Shown: positions 50,306 through 63,353 of the stretch, piece by piece
Layout of the letters: the number at the start of each line of letters is the position of its first letter
Position numbering within the stretch: the stretch's first letter is position 1
NCBI RefSeq assembly: GCF_006345805.1
Contig: NC_043000.1
Location: forward strand, 81,964,001-82,028,000
Direction of reading: 5' to 3'
DNA: 64,000 nt
From: Octopus sinensis
Taxonomy: Eukaryota
Translations under genes and position numbers: made by a program
Notes under the pieces: generated by a model
What the model saw: the letters and a program-made list of their open reading frames with translations, nothing else
What the model was told of the DNA's origin: nothing
The model's database searches: none

Positions 50306-50940
50306 CTAGCAGTACCGCCCGGCGTTGCTCGGGTTTGTAAGGGAAATAACTATATAAGCATTTTTAGAGAGCTATAGCCAAAAAATAGCAAAAAATGCAT
50401 TAAAAATGGAAAAAATATGATGGTAAATTTTTTTTTAAATCGTTGACTCATCGTAGACATTTTTAGAGAGTTACTTCCCTTATATAATAGCGAAAAAATG
50501 CATTAAAATGGAAAAAAAACGATGGTAAATTTTTTTTTAAATCGTAGACTCATGTAGACGCTTTTCTAGCCATTTCTGTTTTGGTGTCTTCAAGCCATGA
50601 AGTCGTTGTTCTAAAAGAACACTGGTCTCCTTGACAACGCATTACGACGTTGATTTCCTTACACTCCCTTCCCCACAGGTGCAGGTGTGAGCGTGGACGC
50701 CAACTCCGCCGCCATCGACACACGAAAAATTATGCATTAAAATGGAATAAAAATTATGTTAAATTATTTTTAAATCGTAGACTCATCGTAGACGCGCGCT
50801 AATATTCAGACGGGCTCGATATGAATCACGACTATAAGCTACCCGAATTTGGTTAAACTGTTCCGCAAAATGTGGGAGTAGTTAGGAATCTAAATCGAAG
50901 GGGACAGACACTCACACAACTACAGTTTTATATATATAGA
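50306..50940 (-). mobile_element. non-autonomous Helitron (type A), longer copy 3
   Basis: A|TC start, hairpin and CTAG end. Internal direct repeats and an extra GC-richer segment. Confidence 0.85.
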
Positions 50941-50944
50941 TACA

Positions 50945-51255
50945 TAGCGCAGTAGTGGTGAGATATGACAGCAAAGAAAAGCATACATCCTCTCTCATCT
51001 GCTTGCAATTAGACTCGGAAAGTTCGTGAGCAACCCATTGACCCAATTTGCTGACTTTTCCGATAGCACACAGGTGTCAATGAATGGTTGAATGACACAC
51101 AATCCAGCTTCTCTGCTAGTTCCTCAACAGTTACGATGATATTTTGTTCCACCAGGGTTTTCAGGATGTCCTTGTCGAGTTCTACAGATCATTCAGGATG
51201 AGGCTCGTCTTCTAGGCTGTAGTTTATGGCTCGGGATTTCTGGAACCACCATTGA
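50945..51255 (-). mobile_element. mariner transposase N-terminal relic
   Basis: WFQK...YSLEDEP...SVELDKDILKTLVEQN...VEELAEKL, IGKVSKLGQWVAHELSES. Confidence 0.8.
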
Positions 51256-51839
51256 CACTGCCTTACGCTATTGTCCAATCCCCATATACTGCATTAATAT
51301 TTCTTGTACTTTGCACACATTATATTCTGTTATTTTTTTATATGTTTCAGGCCTTGAGGTTGTGGCCATGCTGGATCATGTGTGTGTGTGTGTGTGGTGT
51401 GTGTGTGTGTCTATCTGTCTGTCTGTCTGTATGTATATATGTATATGTATTGTGTGTGAACAATAATATTTCAACGATGTGTTGCAAATGATCTGATTGT
51501 TCTCAAGCTTCAATACTGTGTGTGTGTGTATGTGTGTGTGTGTATGTATGTATGTATATGTATGTATGTATGTATGTATGTATATGTATGTATGTATGTA
51601 TGTGTGTATGTATGTATGTGTGTGTGTATGTATGTATGTGTGTGTAGGTGGTGTATGTATGTATCTATGTATGTATGTATGTATGTATGTATGTATGAGT
51701 GTATGTTTACTTTATTACTAATTACTCTCTTCCAAGAACATTTTCACTCACTCTTAGCTCTTAGCTTCCCATACATTTTACTCATGTATCTATCAGCGTC
51801 ATAGACAGAATACTTTCACTTTAGTCTTCCTCAAATCAC

Positions 51840-52119
51840 TGTCGCTATTTACTTTCATTTTATTCGCTGCCCACTGTGTGTGTGCGTTTGCGTGTGGTGT
51901 AAACCAGACTAAGAAAAGCATTTGACACACACACCAGAATGTGAGTTTTCTGTAAATTTTGCTTAATTGGAGTTTAAATTTAAAAAACTGGACCTGGCAT
52001 GACGCGATGCATTGTACTCTTAAAACTGCTAGGTAAATTGTAATTGAAGAAATCCTATATTGTAGATTTGTATAACTCCCAAAGGGAGGCAGATAAAATC
52101 TGCCTTTTATAATAAGAGA
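51840..52119 (-). mobile_element. Helitron type B 5' segment, copy 3
   Basis: See 47880-48136. Confidence 0.75.
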
Positions 52120-52953
52120 CTAGCAGAATTGCCCGGCGTTGCTCGGGGCTGAATTGCTTGAAAGTACTGTTAATGATTGCACTGAATTATGATGATATTC
52201 AGGCAAATATTGAAATAAGCTTACGGTGGGAGATAGGACTAACGCCAAACGTGTGCCATTGCATTGTTTTGGGGGAACCAAATTTCTGATGAGCATTATA
52301 GGGGCACTAACTTTAAGTTTGAAAAGTGTGGTGGTGGTCGGGGTGCTCAAAGGAATTGAGTACCTCTATGGATAGTTGATGACGTCCTCTGGGTCAGGAG
52401 TTGTATCGATAGACTGATATACATCGACTTCCCCAGGAATGAGTTTTAGCATTTCATCATTAATATGGTGAACAGTTTTATTCCTCGGGGCCAGTATAGC
52501 CTTTTGCCAATCCAATCCATATTCTGATAATTAGCTTGTAAATCTGGGAACACTGCATCTCTGAGATCAGAAGGCGTCTTAAAAATGGTACAAATGGAAT
52601 CGATGGCAATATTACCATTTTCATCCCCCCCTGGTATTTTGCCTTCGCCAAGTGCAAGGAGGGTGTGAGGAAATGCTGGTGATGTGATATTACGTACGCA
52701 TATGAGCACGCATATTGGTGTGAAGTTTGAGAGTTACTCCGTTTATTTTAAAAATATCATTAAAATGGAAAAAAATGATGGTAAATTATTTGTAAACATC
52801 ATAGACTCATCGTAGACGCGCGCTATACCCAGAAGGGCTCGATATGAATCACGACTATAAGATACCCGGTTTTGGTTAACTGCATTGCAAAATGTGGGAG
52901 TAGTTAGGAATCTAAATCGGAGTAGACAGACACACACTTCTTTTAATATTAAA
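52120..52953 (-). mobile_element. Helitron deletion derivative retaining a PIF1 helicase fragment
   Basis: LLALGEGKIP...AVFPDL...WIGK..ILAPRNKTVHHINDEMLKLIPGE...KLKVSAPIMLIRNL.PPKQCNGTRL, then the CCCGAGCAACGCCGGG hairpin and CTAG. Confidence 0.88.
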
Positions 52954-53029
52954 TACATACATACACACACACACATACATACACACACACACACACACAC
53001 ATACATGCATACATACATATACACATAAA

Positions 53030-53609
53030 CCGAGTAAAAAATTTCAGTTATCTCTCTCTTTCACACATACTCTCTCTGTCTCTTCACACACACTAACAGA
53101 AGCACTTCACTTACACAACATACTGTCTGTCTCCCACACTCCATCAAACAACACACACACATGTACATCAATGAGTCCCATGCACGGTAACTTCAAAGGA
53201 ACTTCCCTCGTCCACAATCGCTTTCGCTTAGTCTCTTTCGCTCTCATCTCTTATTGTAAAAAAATAAAAGTTTTTTCTATGTGTGTAAAGAGGAAGTGGG
53301 AGGCAGAGTGAAAGAATCACTCACTACAGTAAGTGAATTACTTTCATTTTATTCCTTGCCCACTGTGTGTGTGCGTTTGGCGTGTGGTGTAAACCAGACT
53401 AAGAAAAGCATTTGACACACACACCAGAATGTGAGTTTTCTGTAAATTTTGCTTAATTGGAGTTTAAATTTTAAAAACTGGACCTGGCATGACGCGATGC
53501 ATTGTACTCTCAAAACTGCTAGGTAAATTGTAATTGAAGAAATCCTATATTGTAGATTTGTATAACTCCCAAAGGGAGGCAGATAAAATCTGCCTTTTAT
53601 AATAAGAGA
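53030..53609 (-). mobile_element. Helitron type B 5' segment, copy 4 (free A|TC end)
   Basis: Ends ...AATAAGAGA|T into (TA)n. Confidence 0.75.
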
Positions 53610-53831
53610 TATATATATATATATATATCTACAACACAAAGTTGAAATAAAAAAATAAACACAGAAGTATTATTTTGACGCTCAGGAAATAGGACGTAAA
53701 AGAAATAAATGTCTAATGTTTCGTGTATATACTCTTCTTCTAAAAGATGGGATAGAGATGGAGAGAAAAAGAGAGAATGGAAATTGGAAACGTACTTGTA
53801 TATTCAACTGATCTGACATGGTCAAAGTGTT

Positions 53832-53900
<69 letters not shown>

Positions 53901-53904
<4 letters not shown>

Positions 53905-54180
53905 TGATCGTTCTTTTTTTCCTCTTCCCTTTTTTTCCCTTTTTTCTCTTTTTTTCTCTCTTTCCTTGTCCTCTTCCTTTCCTTTTTTTTTTTTCTTTTT
54001 ATTCCTTTTATTTTATTCATTTTTTTTTGTTCTTTTCTTCCCTTTTACGATCCCTCTTGATCGAAAACCTACGCCACCCCTTTTTTCTTTTGTTTTTTGT
54101 TCTCTTCATCCCCCAAAAGAAAAGCTCTACCTTGTAACTTGTCCCATCTGTGTGCAGCCCTGTGTGGCCAATAAAGAAAC
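53901..54180 (+). mobile_element. Tx1-type LINE 3' UTR, copy 1
   Basis: Homologous to the 3' UTR of 54441-55178. Ends GCCCTGTGTGGCCAATAAAGAAAC. Confidence 0.75.
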
Positions 54181-54232
54181 TTATCTATCTGTCTGTCTGT
54201 CTGTCTATCTAGCTGTCTGTCTGTCTATCTAG

Positions 54233-54316
<84 letters not shown>

Positions 54317-54440
54317 GATCGATCTATCTATCTTTCTCTCTCTCTCTATCTGTCTGTCTATGTATGTATGTATGTATGTATGTATGTATGTATGTATGTA
54401 TGTATGTATGTATGTATGTATCTAGCTATCTATCTATCTA

Positions 54441-55178
54441 ACAATTTCCGACCTGTGGGCTTATGTCGAACGACTGCTGTCACGTGTGGGACGAGTCGGT
54501 TTATCAGCCGAGTCTATCGTCAATATTGTCACGCCTCCTTCCTTCAAACGGGAAAGAAGAGCTATTTTCATCATTCTTGTGACTATGGCGAAAGAATGTA
54601 TCTAGTGGACGCGTCTGAAAGGATTGGAGACAAACACTTTCCTCTCTGGTCAATCTCTCATCATCTTCTTCAAGTATCACTTGAAAAGGAAAGTGAGAGT
54701 AGAGAGGCAAGTTTTGTCTAGCGAATGTTTTAAAAAAAGATGGGTGAATGTAGCAAGGATGGCACGTATGAATGACGAAGCCACCTTGAGCATAATCCTA
54801 TGAACCTGGAAATTTAAAACAGAGGGTTACCTACTTGCAAACAAATGTGGTAACATGTAGCAATATTGACCGAGGTTACGGTGGTCTTTTCTGTAGGCTT
54901 TTCTTCCCACGGATAAACGTTATCTGCTTCCCCCTTTACACTTTACATCATGATACTGTGATACACAATCCCTATTGATCGTTTTTTTTCCCTTTTTTCC
55001 TTTTTTTCTCTTTCCTTTTTTCTTTTTTTTTGTTTCTTTCCTTTTTTCTTCTTCTTTCCCTTTTACGATCCCTTTTGATCGAAAACCTACCCCCACCTCT
55101 TTTTTTTCCCCAAAAAGAAAAGCTCTAGTTTGTAATCTGTCCCGTCTGTATGCAGCCCTGTGTGGCTAATAAAGAAAC
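54441..55178 (+). mobile_element. Tx1-type (L1 clade) LINE: ORF2 C-terminus + 3' UTR
   Basis: ISDLWAYVERLLSR...AKECI*WTRLKGL...FFKYHLKRKVRVERQVLSSECFKKRWV resembles the Tx1 ORF2 end. T-rich UTR. Flanked by (TATC)n. Confidence 0.75.
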
Positions 55179-55179
55179 A

Positions 55180-55256
<77 letters not shown>

Positions 55257-55257
<1 letters not shown>

Positions 55258-55539
55258 GACCAAGGTTACCGTGGTCTTTTCCGTAGGCTTTTCCTTCCAC
55301 GGGTAAACCTCACCTGTCCTCCCCTTTACACTTCATATTGACATTTCTGTGATTACGATCCCTATTGATCAACTTTTTTTCCTCTCCCCTCCCCCCTTTT
55401 TTTTAAAATCCTCCCCTTTCTTTTGTCCTCTTTCTTTCCTTTTACGATCCCTTTTGATCGAAAACCAACCCCCTTTTTTTACCCCCAAAAGAAAAGCCCT
55501 ACCTGTCTGTGTGCAGCCCTGTGTGGCTAATAAAGAAAC
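55257..55539 (+). mobile_element. Tx1-type LINE 3' UTR, copy 3
   Basis: Homologous UTR, flanked by (TATC)n on both sides. Confidence 0.75.
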
Positions 55540-55540
55540 A

Positions 55541-55630
<90 letters not shown>

Positions 55631-56107
55631 GCTAGCTAGCTAGCTAGCTAGCTAGCTAGTTAGCTATGCATGCAAGAAGATAAATTTCGAAACATTAATG
55701 GAAGAGTTTTGCTATGGCAAAACTAATTGTAGGAATATAACGAAAGATTACAGTACAATCAAGTTTCACTCATATGTGAATATGCTCGGCAGCTCGTACC
55801 ATACTTTCGCTAGATGTTTTAGCGGTTTATGCTGTCGGGACCAAATATAAACACTCTTTTAAACTCCTATCTCTTGTCCAAGGTGAACATCTTTAATGGG
55901 ATAGCCAACTTGAGTGTGGGCTACACCAGCACCCAGCTGATACTCATAACTGTGTTGATTCGAACTGTTTGAAATGAAGTGCCTTGCTCAAGGATACAAC
56001 GCAGTGCCCAATCTCTTAGGCCATACAAAATATTATCTAAATAGATGTATATTATACTGTACAACTCAGCCTAATATTAGCTTTATTCCTGCCATATGTG
56101 TGTGTTT

Positions 56108-56183
<76 letters not shown>

Positions 56184-57047
56184 AATATTATATTTAAAAA
56201 TTCTGGTAATTACAGAATCTATATTTGTAGATATTATAATAATTACCTAACTGAAATTGCTGCTGACGATAATTAATGTTTCATACGTTTAATTCGCATC
56301 TATGCAACGGAAAAGGAAAATCGTGCACACTGGTCTACTGTTTATAACAGCTTGAGCTACGATTAATTTTCATAGCTAAGACGGAACTATGCGCCGACGG
56401 AACGAAATGAATTGAACAATATAAACAAACTCGTATTTTGTACTTAAGATTTCCGATATCCTTCATAGTAAATAGCTGGTAAAGACTATCACTACGGAGT
56501 ACTCAATGGTGGCGGTAGCGGCGTTGGTGGTAGTAGCAGTGGTGGTGGCTGTTAAATATTACTCTAGTTCAAATTATTAAATACGTTGAATATTATGTTT
56601 TAAGTAATACATGAAAGCAATTTTACCCTGAGAATGCTTGATGTTGCGATAAGAGAGACACAATAGAGCTATGGAAATATATGAATAGTTATACACACAC
56701 GAAAAAGAATACAATGTATCGCATGGTTCAGGGATTTCGTACACAAAGCCATATGATCGTGAACGCAATCCTCTAACTACCAGGTCACGGGCCTAAACAA
56801 AACACTCAAACCCACACACATATGTATGTATGAATGTATGTATGTTTGTGTTTATGTGAGTGTGTGTGTGTATGTTTATGTATACATATAAGTAATAATT
56901 TAAATTTGGGCATATACCGTATAGTATGCAGTTTCTTTCTCTCATAGTTCAATATGTATATTGTAGTGAACAAAATAAAAAATTTAAATATTTACATTTC
57001 TACTTCACTTTTACGAGTGGGATTTTTACTGTATATACTTTGACGTA

Positions 57048-57326
57048 TGTCCATTATTTAAAATAAATTTTGTAGGAAGTGACTAATAACGAAATATTTT
57101 ACAATAAAAAATTAATGTTTATTTGAAAAATTTTGTCCATTTTGTATTTTTCAAATAAACATTCATTTTTTATTCTAAAATATTTCGTTATTGGTCACTT
57201 CCTACAAAATTTATTTTAAATAATGGACACATTTTATATATTGATGTCGATTGTAAAATTTTGATTTCTTGACGTAAAATTCAAGAAATCAAAATTTTAC
57301 AATCGACATCAATATATAAAATGTGT
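57048..57326. repeat. two abutting AT-rich inverted repeats (~84-bp and perfect 46-bp arms)
   Basis: 57048-57131 / 57146-57229 and 57227-57272 / 57281-57326. Confidence 0.88.
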
Positions 57327-57339
57327 TCTTTTCTTTAAT

Positions 57340-58310
57340 TTTAATGACCTCAACACATCCCCATCCACACGATTTGACCAATTTCTCACAGTGTTCCGAC
57401 GTAATTTTATTTCATTCTTCCTGAAGTTTTTCCCACATTCGCAGGACAGTGCTCTCTGATCTTATCACCAAGTATCTTTCATAAATTTTCAGTGGGATTA
57501 AGGTCAGAGCTCCGAGCTGACCAATGGATCACAGTAAAGTTTTCCGCTTCAAACACCTCCTTAACTATTTTGGCACTGTGACATGGCGCATTATCCAGCA
57601 TTAAGATTGGTTGACGAGTTGGAGATGACCTTATAGCTGGCACAACATGCTACAGAATGATGTTTTTTGTATATGGTTACATTCACATTACCACGGATCC
57701 GGATCAATAGCCCAACATCTGCTGCAGAGATCATTCTCCATACCATTAAACATCCGCCGCCAAACTTCACTGATTTCTTCTTGCATTTAAACAGCAATCT
57801 TTCACTTTTACGATGTCTCAAGTACTGTCTACCATCGGACCCAACTAAATTGAACTTGCTTTTGTCACTGAAGAACACATGCGACCAGCTGTCGTCCGTC
57901 CAAAGTATGTGCTCATTGGCAAAGACTAACCTCACTTTTCGGTTCTTCATACTGATGAGAGGGAATGGACATGAAGTCCGACTTCCTTCAAATGACAAGC
58001 CACAGTCTCCGGAGACACATTCATTCCATAATCACGATTTACTTTGCAAAAAATTCCTGCCGCATTACTGAAACGGTCTCAGTCTCTGAATCACATGGTC
58101 TTGCCAAACACTTGTGTTCCGTGGTCTACTTCGTTTTCCTAATGACATAAACGAACTTGTTTCTTCACAATGCTTGAGTATTCGTGAAACAATACTCTTT
58201 GATCTCTTAATGTCTCTAGTGATAGCAAAAATTGTCATTACTTCTTTTTTCAATGTGACCATTCGCTTACTTAGGCTTTCATCAACTTTACGTCGGCTTT
58301 CCATAGTTGT
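57340..58310 (-). mobile_element. Tc1-like transposase relic
   Basis: VFFSDKSKFNLVGSDG, SVKFGGGCLMVW, DNAPCHSAK, SDLNPTENL. Confidence 0.88.
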
Positions 58311-58444
58311 TAATTCAATATAAATCTTTACACTGTTAAGAAAACTTAGTTTACATTGGTCAGAGTGTTGCCAGATTTTACTTTTTGAATTTTACACCAT
58401 AATTTCTCTAATTATGTCTATCTTGTATTTTTCAAATATACATT

Positions 58445-58710
58445 TTCTCTATTGCGGAGATGTACTTGCATAGTAAGTGGCTTGATCTGAGATCGTATGC
58501 TGGAACGAAAACAATTGCAGTGTGGAAGGTGTTTATAAGCCATTTAAGAAACACACAAAAATCGTTAGATTCACTTCAACATTTAAATTTAATTTACCAA
58601 AATATTTTCGTCACTTTGAGACCGCGACCGCTTCACTGACAAAATTCCGTGCTATGCATGGTTTTTGTGTGTTTCTTAAATGGCTTATAAACACCTTCCA
58701 CGCTGCAAAT
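58445..58710. mobile_element. second copy of the 48.6-kb foldback family, with decayed hammerhead motif (minus, 58595-58641)
   Basis: Arms 58516-58563 / 58661-58708. Core reads GTGAAGC here. Confidence 0.7.
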
Positions 58711-58817
58711 ATTTTCTCTATTATAATCATTATAAATCATTTAGTTATAAGTCACTTCCTACAAAATTTATTGAGTGTGTGTGTATATATATATATATAA
58801 TATATATATGTATATGG

Positions 58818-58874
<57 letters not shown>

Positions 58875-59404
58875 TATATATTATATATATATATATATAT
58901 TGTGTATATGGATATATATATATATACACATATATATGTGTGTGTGTATATATATATGTACATGTATATGTATGTATATGTGTTTGCGTGTTCTTTGTAT
59001 GACTTGAAACTACCTCCGGTTGTGGGACCCTGGCATGGGAGCACCAGGGTTTTTAGGAGTGTGGAATCACCTTTTAGCCACTATTGTTCCCAAGTCTAAT
59101 CAGAGTCAGACAAATAGCATATGCTAGGGTCTCAGCTTTGGGTTAAATACCAAATGAAGCACTGGGTGTGAAAAACCCCTAGTTCTCAGTATGTCATTTG
59201 TATCCGTGCCCTTTATACAGTTTTTTCAAAATTTTCATTATCTATTGTTATTTCTTATACTTATCATAGATATGTGCACATTTGTTTATTGTGGGTATAT
59301 TATACTGTTAATATCTGTTTTTTCTCCCTTCTGTCTTTAGTCGTCATGTTGTGCGGTGTGGTTGTGAGTGTTATGGTATTGTAAGTAGGAGGGACAGTGT
59401 AGAA

Positions 59405-59765
59405 ACAAGGCAACTACTAATATAGACGCTTTGTGGAAGGCATTTCAAATTGTTAGAACAAGTCCACCAAAAATGCCTTCATCGCATTTTAAACATTAAA
59501 TGGAGTTCTTTTTTACTCCAAACACAGATGTCCATGCGTCTGTAGGTGTCACTTTATTTAAATCGAGCTGGATGGCAAACAAAAGTGTGGAGTGGAGTGA
59601 AAGTGTTTGAAGAGGCCAGGATAACGCATGCAAGACTCAAGAGAAATTTAAAGATGTTACGATCGAGAAGGTCCTATATATCTGTGCACACCTTTCAATG
59701 CCGTGCATATTATAAGGTCTGCAAATCTAACGGAGGCCTCAAAAGATATTTTTAGGATCCACAAA
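59405..59765 (+). mobile_element. RTE (BovB-like) LINE C-terminal relic
   Basis: FKLLEQVHQKCLHRILNIKWSSFTPNTDV, GVKVFEEARITHARLKR, KVCKSNGGLKR. Confidence 0.75.
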
Positions 59766-60080
59766 GATCAGAACTTAACTGCAGCTCTTGGTGGTTCAAA
59801 TTAGATATGCAATCTATGTGGGTGTCTTTTTAATACATTGTCTAGTTTAAAAACCCATGGTAGATCTAAAGTATAAGTACAAGAGGTGGTCAGATTCTGC
59901 ATAAGGAGTAGACAACCACCATACGTGTGTGTGTGGTGTGTGTGTGTATGTATGTATGTATGTATGTATGTATGTATGTATGTATGAAGGTATGTATATA
60001 TGTATGTATTTCCTAAGTGGAAGGAGAGTAGGAGACAGAATAAAAGATATATATAGTAACAAACCGGTACACACCCACCT

Positions 60081-60111
<31 letters not shown>

Positions 60112-60186
60112 ACATACACACATAATTACATTTAGACATCAATTAATTTTATATATATATGTGTGTGCACGCATGTATACACAAAA

Positions 60187-60225
<39 letters not shown>

Positions 60226-60419
60226 TATATAATGACATACACCTTGTAGTCAGAATAGATCATTTTAGCTGCAGGCAATGTATAAAGTGTATATTGGTTC
60301 TGAAATAAATAGCTTCCCATTTACATCTGGTGAGAAATTGTTAGAAATAGATTGGCATTAAAGGTGATAAGCATTGATAACAATATGGAGTTGATAAATG
60401 CGGATTAGGTATCTCTTAT

Positions 60420-60625
60420 CTCTTATCTTTTACTTGTTTCAGTCATTAGACTGCGGCCCAGCTGGGGCGACTTGAAGAATAGTCGTATGAACTGACACCA
60501 GGACTTATTTACTTTTTATTTAAAAGACTTGTACTCATTCTATCGGCCTCCTTTGTCGATCTGCTAATTTATGGAGAGGTAAACAAACCAGTTAAGCGGT
60601 CGTGGGGGACAACTACTGACACAAA
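60420..60625 (-). mobile_element. SINE family B 3' part, degenerate
   Basis: TCTTTTACTTGTTTCAGTCATTAGACTGCGGCC. Confidence 0.7.
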
Positions 60626-61467
60626 GGCGCGACCGCACATGAACCCCTCCCCCTCACAGTGTTTGCTTTTTTTTTAGGTAAAAATTGATATTTTCCCTCC
60701 ACGCCACCGAAAAGAAATGGCAACGAATGCATTTATATTTCAGATGGGTGAAATATTTTCCTTAGACTTCCACCAGTAAAACAGTGAATGTTGCTGTTTG
60801 TGAGATAAATATATTATTTTTCACTTAAATGTATGCTGATTTACAAGAATTGTAAAATTTTAAAAGTCATGAAAACGTTCTTTGTGAATAAAAATATTTC
60901 ACTGAAACTATCATTTACGACTTACGCTTATGTATGAAGAATTTTCGGTGAAGATGTTTCACAGACAAAATTATAATAAAAGTAATTCTCTACCACTAAT
61001 ATTACTTACATACACGCACAAATTCACAACTGCGAGAACTTTAATGTGGCTTCTCGTCTACTTAGAAATAGTAGCCAATTTCCTTCAAATCAGTCAAAAT
61101 AATCATAACGATGATAAAGAATCTTGACTAGAAACGTCGTTTATGAAGAAGTGATTTAAGTAAATGTAAATATTCAGTTCGCAGTATATAAAACATCTTT
61201 TTTAAAATAAACGTTTTTAGTTAAAGAATATTAAACATTCGCTGAAAAAAAAAATCAACAACCTTTTTTTCAATAATTTACCCAATTAAAAAGCGTGTAA
61301 TATAAAAAAACATTTTTCTGAGAAAAAAAAAAAAGAAAATAGAGGTATAGTTAATAACTTCCCAATTCTTTCAAAGACTCTTGGTATTTAAAGTGAATAT
61401 ATTAAAGATAGCATTTTTAATGGAGAATATAAATTTAATATTCTATCATTTTGCTGTTAGCAAAGCA

Positions 61468-61625
<158 letters not shown>

Positions 61626-62271
61626 GTATGATGATATATTTTTCATTACGATTATCTCAACAATACAACGTACACATGCATCATGAATATAAATGAGTGC
61701 GTACTATTACAGAATATTGCATATGATCCATGTTTATCTCGTCAGACAAAGGTGAAAAATTTGATGCGAATGAGACTTGGAAACTTATGATAAATATATA
61801 TAGTTGGTAAAACCGCAGAGTGACGAGCTTACTTACATATCAAGTGGAAATGAACGTAGGGTAGGCCAGTATACATACATACATACATACATACATACAT
61901 CAATTATTTCTTAGTGTTCGCTTCTTCCATGGGTATAAGTAAGTATTTCACTTATTTCTTTGCCGCATTTATCACTGATGAAGAGAAGGTTCTTATGAAC
62001 TAACTCTGAAATTGGGTCCGATATGGTAATAACGGGATTTTTTTAGAAATTTCCGTCGGCTTTCTTCGAAACGCGTGCTTGTAGTGATAAATTACATGGT
62101 TATTGACGTTGTGTCTATTTTCGGAATATTTTGTCATTAGAAATTTTTTCCTTTTGCCCTTACTTAAAAAATTGTATATATATATATATATATAGATACA
62201 CACATACATACTTGCATGCATACATACATACATACATACATACATACATACATACATACATACATACATAC

Positions 62272-62331
<60 letters not shown>

Positions 62332-62557
62332 GATATGAATGCGCTCGTAAAAGTTCCTATGCATCTTGTAGTCGGCTACCACCTGTTATTCCCATCTTGA
62401 AGAGTAATCATATGGGATGGCTTCCCTTTGCAAATACTGATAGGGCACAGAAAGTGTGTCAATAGCCAGCTGGAGGAGGTGTCCTCCCGGGGCTACAAGC
62501 CACAGTAGCATCCATCCTTAAGGGTTAGTCACATTTAAGTGGCAAATATACTTCACG

Positions 62558-62589
<32 letters not shown>

Positions 62590-62727
62590 TATATATAGAA
62601 AGATGAATAATCTTGTTGCAGATTAATCAAAAGTTTAACCGATACCTTGGTACCTTTGAAACATGTGTAGAATGCAATAAAAGGAATTCTGTTCAATCTT
62701 CGTTCAACTCCATTTCTTCAATTCACT

Positions 62728-62811
<84 letters not shown>

Positions 62812-63267
62812 GAAATGCAAGTAGTGTACGTCTATTAGCGTATATTAATAAGTATGTAGAATGAGTGTTAGATCGGTTTACCACTAAAACTTCGGCTTGA
62901 GGTGCAAATGGGAATGAGCTGTTGAAATTGCCAAACCAAGGTGGCTGGAAGCAGTACCTGGTTCAGCAGGTTTAAATAGATGGATAGATGGAAGACAGAC
63001 AAGCAAAGCTTTTGGCTTTTACTCGAGGATATTTACTTCATAGAAAAAGGGTACAAATAAAGTATAAAGTATAAATAAAGCACAGAACAGTTATGGTAGA
63101 TAAGCTGTTTCTGGAATACCTGAGCAAGTGGATCATGTTAACGCTTAACGAATGCATGCAATCCAAGGGATCCGTCATCGGAGAGATCTCGGTAAAGCGG
63201 TACAGAGAGACAGATCACTAACTGAGGATATTGGCGGTAAAAAGAACTAGTAGTAGTAGCGTGTGTG

Positions 63268-63353
<86 letters not shown>

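Noticed and set aside
62880-62990. Possible 37-nt minus-strand micro-exon (AACAG|...|GTAAAC)
   Set aside because: Such splice-like dinucleotides are expected by chance, and the peptide is uninformative.
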